Below are positions 12,601 through 24,600 of a stretch of DNA of 64,000 bases, piece by piece. How positions within the stretch are numbered: the first letter of the stretch is position 1; every line of letters starts with the position of its first letter. A program made the translations under genes and the position numbers. This stretch comes from Magallana gigas (lineage: Eukaryota). The notes beneath the pieces are model-generated. The model was not told the DNA's origin, did not search any database, and worked only from the letters and a program-made list of their open reading frames with translations. The DNA lies in assembly GCF_963853765.1 (NCBI RefSeq), contig NC_088859.1:47678001-47742000 (forward strand), given 5' to 3'.

Positions 12601-15600
12601 TGTTGCCCTATTCCATTCATTAATTCTGTCATGATTGCTTTCACTCTATCATGTGATTTTTTCCCCCTTGATTCATGAATACAGACTTGGGAATAGCTTC
12701 CACTCCATATCAAAGGAGACCTAGAGCAACTATCAGTAGACACTTCAGCAAGTGAAATATCAGATATGGTTTGATTAGAAACCCATGTGGAAAGTTCTGT
12801 CATTAAGATATGAAAGTTCCACTGCTAAGTCAAACAATTTCAATATGGACATGATTAGTTATACATCTGCAAAAAGAGTAGAATGAATCTAAAAATTGCA
12901 GACTTCGTGACTTCCTTTGCATTTTATTCAATTCTTCTTCGTCTGAAAGAGATACAAATAGTTCTATATTCAAGATCAACCATATCAGAATAATGAGATT
13001 AACAAACTGTTGTTCTACTTTGTAAAAACAAATTGCAGCCCTGATGGGGAACAGAAGAGATGTCTGATGTGTATGAGCTCGTAACTTAGTTTACTTTGTA
13101 GTATCTTGGTCACTAGTACACATACAGTACATTGTACTGTGATGTCATCAGTGTCAGCTGAGGGCTTAAAAGTTAATCCTTTGTTAATCCACCAATGAAA
13201 TGTAGTGTGATACTTGACTTACAAACATTAGACCCTTTAATAGTCTTGTATATAGAACTGATTCAAACCCATATGGCACTTTGTTCATTTCCACAAAGGA
13301 ATACATGCAGTATTATGCATTTCTCACCCCAAAAATTAAATTTCTATAGAGAGCATTAAAATACGGTTGAACATAGTGAAAATCATATTAAAATTATTTA
13401 AGTAAAAAATTATCACCCCAGTGATGTCTTGATGTAATAAATGATGTCACGAAGATTGTCTTATTTTGGTAAATTAATGTTTCTGAGATAAATGTGGGTG
13501 TTTTCTAACAATTTTTTCGACTGAGAAACATTAAGTGCATGCTTGCTCAAGTACCTTTTTTGATTATGATGTGTATAATTATATATTTACATCTACCAAG
13601 TATTATTCCCTCTATTTCTTACAGAAACATATAGTTAATTCATAGCTCTATAGAAACAGCCAGATTGAAATCTACAGCCCCGTTTATTGATTTGTTGAAA
13701 TCTACAGCGGTTGAAACTGACAAGAAAGTGACAGGACCAAACTTGACACACCTAGTTTATCGATTGGTCGAGACCTACAACTACCTAGGAAAAATCACGA
13801 ACTGCACGAAATAATCATGACGACGTCAGACTCAAAGTCTCATAGGAGACGATTTGGCTGTTTCTTTTAGTTAACGTACTTACATACATTCAGTAATTTA
13901 GTGAATTTTACTTACTTTTCATAATCAATTTATCAATTGGCTAAAAGAAAGATGTTAATATAAACAATAAAATGCTTTCTTTGATGATTCATTCGGGTAA
14001 TGAAGGTAGCAATCGTTGCAGAAAAAATTTACATAACCCGCGTTAGCGGGTTATTAACGTGGGTTATTTACTGCGGGTTATGTTTTTTTCTTCAATGTCG
14101 CTACCTTCATATCCCGAATGAATCACAAAGAAAGCATTTTATCGTTTAAATGAACAAAATTATAGGTTAAAATTTACCTGAGCAGTCCTGTGCTCTATAC
14201 TTTCAAAGAAAAAAGGAAAATTAATAACATTTTCATTTGTTTGCAAAATTGCTGGAATTACCTTAGCCGTAGCCCATTTCAGTGACGTCATAAATGAACA
14301 GCTATAATTAGACAATGGTGACTTATGTAAAAAATAATGTGTTAGACAACCTCTGTATAATGGTTTAAGAAGATTTGATTTTGAAATGATACTTCATTTA
14401 TTTAATAAAAGAACTGATGGGAGTTGATTTTATTATTATTTATTTTAAAATCAACATTATGTTATTTTGCTTGGCAAGTAGTTTATAATCCATATTTGAA
14501 TTACGCACATTTTTATTTATGAATTCTCTGACTTTTCCGACAAAGAATTTACAGAAAACCCCATACGAATCATGTTGTGTAATATTAAAAAATAGAATTG
14601 ATTCCATCAAACTATGTATCAGTAATCAAAATATCATATGTACATGTATATCATATTATAGCTGGGGTGTCCTTTTTAACTCAAAAAGGAGGAATCCATT
14701 ATTTTATGCTCTATCATATTACCTTTTACACACATTACCAGGATAATGTCATGCTACAGAGTGCTATTTTATCTGTATGCAACATTTTAAAGGCATCAAT
14801 CTATTAGTAAGAAATATTTTTAAATGTACATTGTACTGTGTTATTCTATCAATAAACATAACTAAATTTTAAAACAATTTTTTGCCAAATGATCCAGGTT
14901 ATGTATTAACAGAAATATTACATGGTAAAATGTTTTTAAGGAGTTGAAGAATAATAAATAATGCTGATTTATTATATTTTGTTCTCAGAAAGGTAACAAC
15001 AATTTGCTGAAATGTGGAGGACTGTGATAAACTGCTACTGATGGGTTTTTATTTAATGAGACATGATATTTAGAATTACATTTGATTTCATAACTCAACT
15101 AATACTTACTGTCTATACCGGTAATACATATTTACTCATTTGTTATATGTAGCAACAATTCAGCAAAACACAATTAATATTAAACCCAGATGAATGTTTT
15201 ATGAAGAACTACACTGCTAATCTTTTCTTCGGGTATTTAAGTAATAATGACACATCTATTTTATTTCATCAACACAATGAATCAGAGCCAAATGGGAGAG
15301 GCAGGGCAATAACATCTTGCTCAAGTTTATTTTACCAGTAGTTAAAAATCAGCAAAATTGAAAAGTTTATCAAGTAAACAAATTTGATTGCAGTGGAGTT
15401 TGAGGGCAGGGAGATTTTACTGCAAGTAACCAAATTGATACCACTGGGTGTCTTTTTAAACTATCAACAGCCACAGATTTCACATGATCATCTTCAATCA
15501 AGTGTAATCTTCCACCAATCTGGTACATTCATAGTTCATATTTTAATTAGTGTTCCCAACATCTGTAGCACCTGGACCCCTATGTTACTTTGTGAAGTGT

Positions 15601-18600
15601 CAACTGTCTGTGTTGAGGATTGTTCTTTATATTAAGATAATATATTTATTTAAAGTCAAGTTATAAAACAAGATGATTAGCTCTGAGGAGCTGTTTTCCA
15701 ACTTTTTGTTACTTTTCTGAGAACATTAGCTCTGAGGAGCTATTTTCCGACTTGCGAGCTGGGATTGATCCAGCTTGTATGAGATACAGTTGAATGGACA
15801 GTATATATCGCCTCCAAACAATGAACAGTTCAAGCACAGATCCGGATCTACAAGATACAGTGGAGTGGACAGTATCTCACCTCCAGATAATGATCAGTTC
15901 AAGCACAGATCTGGATCTACAAGATACAGTGGAGTGGACAGTATCTCGCCTCCAGATAATGATTAGTTCAGCACAGATCCGGATCTACAAGATACAGTGG
16001 AGTGGACAGTATCTCGCCTCCAGATAATGATCAGTTCAAGCACAGATCCAGATCTACAAGATACAGTGGAGTGGACAGTATCTCGCCTCCAGATAATGAT
16101 TAGTTCAGCACAGATCCGGATCTACAAGATACAGTGGAGTGGACAGTATCTCACCTGCAGACAATGAACAGTTCAGCACAGATCCAGATCTACAAGATAC
16201 AGTGGAATTGACTGTATCTCGCCTCCAGATAATGAACAGTTCAAGCACCGATCCGGATCTACAAGATACAGTGGAGTGGACCGTACTTTGTCTCCAGACA
16301 ATAAACATTTCCAGCACAGATCCGGATCTACAAGATACAGTGGAGTGGACAGTACTTTGTCTCCAGACAATGAACAGCACCCTGCATAAATCCCCAGGCT
16401 GATTAATGTGCACAATGCACTATTCTCTGCCCTTTGGAATACATTGTATTTCTTCTTATTACCAAATGCAAAGAAACCCACTGCCTCTTTTGATGCTTTT
16501 CATCTCAACAATGAACCGTCTTCTATCTCTATTCCATAGAGAGTGGCAAAGCCAGCAAAATTGTAATGAATGGTAATGTTTGTCCTGTCTGTATGAATGT
16601 ATCATTCATAATTCATAGTTTAAAAAAAAAACAAATTCATAAGAGGAATTAAATTATTCAGCAACAATCTGAATCAAGATATATGAAAAAGGAATGCTGG
16701 ATAGTTACAATTCAATTTTAAGTTAAAAAAAATATCTTCCCTTGGCAATTTCATACGAACATGTTATGAGAAAGAACTGAGAGAATGGCATACACACATG
16801 CAACTGTTGTAAAATATGTCCTTCCTATCTCATGGTGAAATTGGTTAGATGCCAATTAATATGCCAACCACATAATTTATGTACTGGTACTTATGTTGCA
16901 TGAGAAATCCTTCCCCTTCACTATCTGAACAAATTGTTATGTCTACAATTTTTTTTTAGATCTGATTTGCTTCCATATCACATCTGTATAATGCTCAATA
17001 TTGGATTATTTGCAATCAATGCAAACTAGGATTTTTTTTTATCAGGGACAGGATGTAGGGCCATACAATGCACCTGAGCAGGTATCCATCATTTCCCTGC
17101 CTCCACTCCAGTACATTACTAACCGTAATGGTTAGTCAGGTACAACTCTCCTCCTGAAAGCTGACCACTGCTAATGGAGTATAATCAATGTATTGCATTT
17201 AAAAGCATGTCCGCATGAAGGTTATTTAAAATTTACAAAAGACTCAAATTTCTTCCACATAGAGAAATACCGCCTTTGTATAAATATTAGATAACAATAG
17301 CTATTATATTCATTGCTATCAGGTTTGTTATTTATAACTCTGTATGCCCACCCTATGAATTAGACTGTTGGTTTTCCTATGTGCATGTAGGTGTATGATA
17401 CTGCTTGTGTGTGTGTGAGGTGCAGATGATAAAACTGAATCCAAGGGAATGGTGAGAATCTATAAATCTATAGGGAAATGGATTTATTTATCAAATCCAA
17501 GCAGAAATAAAAAACCAATGAAAAGAGTACAGCAAAAATCAACAATATTGGAAGGTATCCAGTCTTGAACAAATAAAGCCTGGCCCATAGTCTGTCCAAC
17601 GACTAGAAAGCCTTCTTTTTTGTTTAGAAATGAATTCCTATTAATTTTCCAGCTTCCTCTCCCTTACATTACAGAGAAACAGAACCATGACATTCTGCAG
17701 TGCACCACTAGGTCTGCACACAGCAGTTTACAGCACACATTATGACATATTAAAAGGGAAGCATTTCTAGCTGTTCTCCTGAGTATACTTTGTTTGTTGA
17801 TAAGATTGAAAATTCAGTATAATAAATATTACAAAGTTTTTAATGTAGCGAATTGAATTACTATTATGGTAAGCATTAAATATTATATGAATTGATCCTG
17901 ATTCTTGACGGATGAGGCTCCTGTGACTATTTGACAGACTAGAGATAGCCATCAATAGTAATGACATAATCTCGCTTCCTTCAGAAACAAGGGAAACTTG
18001 ATCAATAGACCAGAGTAATTGGAGCATGTGGTTACAACATAAAAACCTATGCATTCTTTTTGTAAAAGACTTACATATACCATAGGGTCTATCAGCATAC
18101 AGGGAGAATGGATGTAAACCTTAACAATTTTTACACTTGTAAAATCATTGTTTCTCATACCAAGATTATTGTCTACATAAAATGCATTAAATCATACTCT
18201 TATACATTTAAACCACAAAGCCTCTAAGCCAAACAGATTTATAGAAGGTTTATAGAAGTACCAATCCAGTCTAATTTTTAGAAGACCCTGCCTCTAACTC
18301 TAAGCAAGTCTTACTTGTATAAGTACTGAACCTCAGCCTCTAAATAACCTTCTAAATAACCCAACCTAAGTACCGGTACCAATCCTCTAATCCAATCTTA
18401 CATGTACAGTTGTACTTGTAAAGGTACACAACCTCAAAGCCAATCTTGTAGAAGTACCTGTACCCAACTTCAAACCAACACCACTTGTAGAAGTACTCAG
18501 TCTCTTAATAATCTATGGTAGTCCTACTTGTAAAATACACCAGCCTCTACACCAGTCTTTCTTGCAGACATAGCTAGTCTTCAATGGACACCCCCCCCCC

Positions 18601-21600
18601 CCCCCCCTCGCTCACCTGTTGATCTTCAGATGCTTCTCCCCCATCCCCCGCATTTGAAGAGGGTGGGGATGCCGAGGTCTCGGATTTCACACCAGCAGTA
18701 CAATCCGAGTTCTTTGACATTTTACCCGAGGTGTTCTCATTTTGAGGTTCAGTTTGACTGGTTCCTGTTTCCTGCGCTGTATCCACTTCATGCTTTTCTG
18801 TGTAAGTTCCTTCCTTTCCAGTAACAGACTCATCTTCTGTACTTCGACCAGGAAGCAGTTTCCTCAACTTATTTCCCATAATGTCACAGAGAACTGGTTT
18901 ACTCTAAATGTAATCCCGTTGTTAAACACAATCTGGAATATGTTAATAGCAGCAAGCTTTCTAAATTCCAATACAATATTTGCTGTCTCTGTGCTTCCCT
19001 GACTGTTTATTAGACAATGCCTAAAGAACACTTTCTACAACTGCTACAAAATTCCTCCCTGGACAAGCATCATATAGGATAACATTCTGTGTTCACATCA
19101 AACTTACTTCTTGTCAGTGTAGAACAAAAACAACATACACTCTTACTGTGGCTCAACGAGTAGTCTGAATCTCTGAGCTGCCGAAAGCAGGGAATAGCAC
19201 AGCGATTATATCTCCAAGCTATGTCACCGGTAGGCTTGATTCAAGTCAGGCTTCCACATTAGATAATAATTAATTGTTTCTGTAACATTGTGTTGTTAGT
19301 TGTAATTGCTCGATTCTGTCACTCGGATAAAGCGAGTCAATATAAGAACATCAAATAAATCCCTGGATCTAACACAATTCACAAAAATCAATTTCTTTGG
19401 CCAAGAACATGAAGAATGCTGGTATTACTCTATTGCAAAATGAGCCTATCTTCAATTTGTAAACTATTAGTCCGTTAATTATTGCTGCATAATATTCTCC
19501 TCAACTGATGCAGAAGAGATCTAGACCTGACTGCTCATGAATGTTAATTTGTAAGCTGAATATTCCCCCAATAATCACACATTTAAAATGAGCTGAACAG
19601 TGAAAGTCCTTGAATCCACGAACCTTCACCTGCTGTCCTCTCCGAGATCACTGTTTATATTTCTCTTTCACTGACACATTGCCTCAGGTAACACCACAAC
19701 ATTTGTACCTATTTAGAACAAGCTAAATCTGAATCAATTGTTCGTGGTTCAGATGGACAAGTGGTATGCTACAGTAGTTAGAGTAACTATTCCACCATAT
19801 CTTTGTGAAACACTTTCTCTCACCTTCCACAGTCCTGCTAGTATCCCCATTTACTATAAACATGTATGATTGCTTGTGATAAATGTGTTGGGTCTACACA
19901 ATTCAATTGTGACAAGGTAAAATGAGCCAATTCAACAGGGTCTGAATTATTAATAAGACAGCTAGGGCCTGTAAGCTGTTTATATCCTGAGCAATCTCCC
20001 ACGGTTGATCCAGGTCCACTTTCTTTGACCTGATGGAGAGTACTCTGAGGGCCTGATCGGGGGAGTTAGCAGGCCTGGTGATGACACATTAGCATTAGAA
20101 GACCAGAGAGACTCACATCATTTTTCACTATTCTGATTGCATGGCCAGGATATTAGGAGGCAATGAATTTACTGTCAGTACTAAGGACTGCAGCTTTTGC
20201 AGCTACAGATGTCAGTGCCTCAAAGTCTCTTAATTTCAATATAACCCAGAACAGTGTAGTAATAACTAACTGCTTTGATTCAGGCCTCAAATTTCCTGGT
20301 GGTGATGATTTCTCTATCTAAAGCTTAGTCTGACAGCAATGCTTATCTCCATTCAATAATTTATAAAAGAAGTTTAATTCTGATAATGTTTACATTCAAA
20401 TTTCACCTTTATGAATTTTAAAGATCTCATGAACTTTAAAGGTTTTGATTCTAAATTTCAATAAGTTTTAGCAACGCTGCTGATTACGTTCCACCCTGCA
20501 TTAGTTACTAGCACTTTAACTTTGTTATTAAGATGGAATTTGATGAACATCAAATGTTTATTTTTCAATCAAATGTCAATGAGCAAGTCCTTTAAAAATG
20601 TTATGCTGTAACAGTAATACTGTATATTTTTAAAAGCAATTGTAAGAAGAGAAATTATGATTGCAGCACTATCACATAGCATACTTTTTCCCCCTAAAAA
20701 TACATCCACGTTTTGTGCATGTCCCATACAAAATTATTGGTCACTTATCTGGGAGGATCAGCATAAGACAATGCCAATGGCTTACATACTTAACAATGAG
20801 ATAATTGTCACAGACTTTAATGACCTCTGACATTAATGAAGAATACTATGAAAATGTAATTTATGGTACATTCCTGAGTCCATTACATGTCAACCGAAAA
20901 GTCAAGTAGAGCATCACTCTGATGTGTAACACAGAAAGCCCAGGGGGTACCGTAATTTGTGCATCATTCATTTCACACTTGAAGAGATACATTCTGTGCA
21001 TATATAGTAACACAGATACATTCTGTGCATAAGTACCTTTAAGTTTCTTGTTCATGTCTCCCTCTAATTAACTCTACTGAGTTTCAAGTCTCGGAAAACA
21101 TATATAATACAAAATGCCAGTGGGGAATAAAGATCCATTAAGCCTAGAATTTGATACATTGTTCATGCCTATAGTAGAGATACCACAATCTACATCCCTC
21201 ATACAGAGTTATATAGTGAATATGGTACAGAATAGGCGGGACTTCTAAATTATAACATAGAGATATTATAACCACCTTCAATATTAACTTTATTCAACAA
21301 AATGCATCATCATTGAGATGTAGCCAATTAATGAGAAAAGAAGACTTCAATATTTGTTCGTTGCTTTATAATACCTTCCCACATACTGAAATAACCCTAA
21401 TGACCTGAAAACCATCACCATTTTTTTTTCATGCACTGATAAGATGGGTTAATTTTTTTAAAATAAAAATATTAAATGCTTATCTCGCTATCAAGAAATA
21501 CTATGTTTTTATGCATGTTTTTTTAAATTGAAATCTAAAAACTGGTCTTATAAAACTAGCACTATAAAGTGTTACTTCTAATGAATAAACTGTTTGTTAA

Positions 21601-24600
21601 TAAAATCTTTCCTAGAGCTAACTTAAAATCTCAATTTGATAACCTTTGGATATTTGGAACATCTTGCATCACATTTTTTAAATCAAGTCTCTTAGCATAG
21701 TAAGGCACTATTTCTTGAAGTGAACAACTTAATTCACTTTCACATGATGCAAGTAAATAGTATCCCACATTAAATTACCACCAAACCATCAGCAGCTGAT
21801 TTTGTTAAAAAATCTAGTTTCAAGGTACATTTCATTAAATTATTGAAAGAAATCAACCAGTTTCTGAACTGCAGAGCTTATCATTAAAGTTTCAATATCA
21901 GAATCCTATAGTGTATTTGACATTTTCCTTATTATTTTTCCCTCATTAATGTCACTCTGGAGTGGTATAATAAGTCAAACTGCTGTAGTATGCCAATAGC
22001 TCTTCCACATATTGACATATAAGGGAGGTAAGTCAATGTATATTGTGTATTTAGCTTAGTACCTGGAACCAGCCATATAGCGTAGCTTGGTCGACAAATT
22101 CAGTATGATATAAGTTCACATTGAGATACTTAAAGCTTATAGGTACCATTACCACATATAAGGAGTTTATGGGTGTTAACTGAGGCTGGTACTTGAAAGA
22201 GCACAGTTTCTCAATCTACATCAGACCCAAGCATGCATCAAACATGGCCTGTCCAAGAAATCCAAAATTCATTAATAAATAGAAAGAACTATATATATGA
22301 TAAGGGCCTAAAATGGCCTCCTAAAATGAACATCATCATTTTACTATCATTCTTTGTTTTCTTAGTACAGATATGTATGCGATGTGTTTACATAATATTC
22401 ATTTTGGTTCAAGTGCCAACAATTTAGAAATATGACATTGTAAAGACAACCTTTTCCCGCCGTTTTTTTGCATTTTTAGCGTAAAAAGTACAGCTTGTTT
22501 TCAAGCAGTTTTTCCTTCCGAAAACATAGAGTGCATTCTTAAACAAATAAAATATTTTAATCAGAGATGTATCTAGCCAAGACTAATAAGTGAAAAAAAA
22601 GTTTCCTTGTTCAAGCATGCGCTCTATATTTCCCATTCGTAAATAGATAAGAAAAATGTCAATTTTTGGCTGATTTTGATTGAATTATAGAAATGGCGTC
22701 ACTTCTGACGTCATATACTGCCAGTGAGTGCAAATAAATCAAATAAATAGATGAAAAATAAATTTTATATCAACTCTTCTAAAAAATTAATTAACATTTT
22801 ATTGTACCCGAAACACTTAAAAATGGCGAATTATGGGCGCCAAATTTAACTCTTATCATATATAGTTCTTTTCAATTTTTGTAGCATTTGACAAAAGGAA
22901 CCGGTTACGAAGTCCATGAAGACTTATTCTTGTATTGGGTCAAAGAGAAATATCCATCATTTGACCAATGCGTGACCTTTAATATTTACCTTCTTCATTG
23001 TTACAGCTGCATATGGAGCAGTGTATCAACCCGTATATCAAAAATACCGAAACAAATTTATTCCTCTTTCAATTCATGCAATTAAAACTAAACCTTCATG
23101 AAGCAAATTTAAACTTCACATTATTGAAAACCACTATTTCCAGACAACTAAACAAAGAGAAATTCTAGTTAAAAAAATTCAAATTTGCATTACATGTTCA
23201 AACAATCTCACTAAAATACACACAAATGCAAAGTCTCCAATATGTTTACCATCATCACATAACATATAACTTGGGAAAATCCAAGCCCTTGAATCACTAG
23301 AAAATTGTCCGTGGAACAAAAATTCTGGAATGGTTTGACAGACAGACAACTGGATGTAATCCATTTGCTTCCTTTCTGGCATCAGCCAGCCACATGTATA
23401 TATACATTTAGTGTAGACAGAGTATTGACATTACAACTGTCAAGCACAGTAATTACTACTTTGCTGTCAGAACTCTAATAACTTTCTCATGGAAGGCTTT
23501 TCATTTACAGCATAAAATATGGAAAAGGGAAAAAAATGACATATATGAACGTATTGAAGATGTGTTTGGATAATGAGCAAGCGAGAGCATGTACAGCATG
23601 TTTCTTTTTTGCTCCTTTCAGCTGATAGCAAATACAGAATAAAGACCTACCAAAACCATTTTCACAGAATTAAATCACCCTGGAACCCCTGACTCAGCTC
23701 CATGCCATGGGCTGAGATTCTGACCTATTTTCAGTCTAAACCTACTTTTTAATCAGTTGTTGCACAATAAGAGGATTCAGCATTTTTTTTTCGTGTTGAA
23801 CATGGCAGATTATAGAAACTTAAACCTTTCAACTACAGTACTTCTTTTGCCTGAGGCTGCTAACTGAAGTAGTTTAATAGGAATTAAAGGCTTTATTTTG
23901 TATAACTGATTCTAAATACCACTGTCTAATTATAATTAGATGTATATTCTTTGTATGTTAAAAGTCCTACATTCATGAGTTCTGTAATTTTCCACTTCAT
24001 TATTTTCTGTTATAAGTACAACTGAACGATCATTCTGCTTGAAGACCTATTGGTAGTATTCAGCTAATGATACGGCTAATTTCTTGGCACAACTTAGTCC
24101 TTTTAGATGTGTCCATTATGTGTTACAGATAGATACCATTGCAGCAGCATAGCTATCATTATTATGTGATAATTAGGTGATAATTATACCAACTACAAAA
24201 ACTCATTCATTATATACTTTTGCATCTCTGGTGTGTAGAAAATAATTCATGATGGGTGTATTAACATAAACAAATATGGAAGGGGGGTGTTGCTTACCAA
24301 TACATTATAATAATTCTTTAAAATTATCTATACACATTTAGAAATCAGCTATAGTGCAAATGATTGATCTTAATAATGGACAAACATTTCTTCACACTAC
24401 TTTCTTCACCACAATAAAACTTATAATTTCATATACAAATAAAATAAAAAAAATAATAATAGGTTAAGGTTGATTAGTTTCGGGACTAAAGCAGAAGGAA
24501 CTTTTCTTCAAGATGATTCATACCTGTATGATAGCAATAATCAACAGATAAAAGATGGAGCTCTATGTTAATATTTTTCCCACTCACTCACAATAATTAC

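Noticed and set aside
12519-12803. 94-aa ORF (MTELSTW...) as an alternative first exon
   Set aside because: Runs to a stop with no convincing phase-0 donor; no recognisable homology.
15776-16380. Regular repeats resembling a CRISPR array; repeat ORFs on both strands
   Set aside because: No unique spacers, eukaryotic context, and 68-bp units break the frames; no usable start or splice sites.
23179-23382. 67-aa ORF (MPERKQ...) as a PRKAR1 first exon
   Set aside because: The only plausible donor is phase 1, not phase 0.
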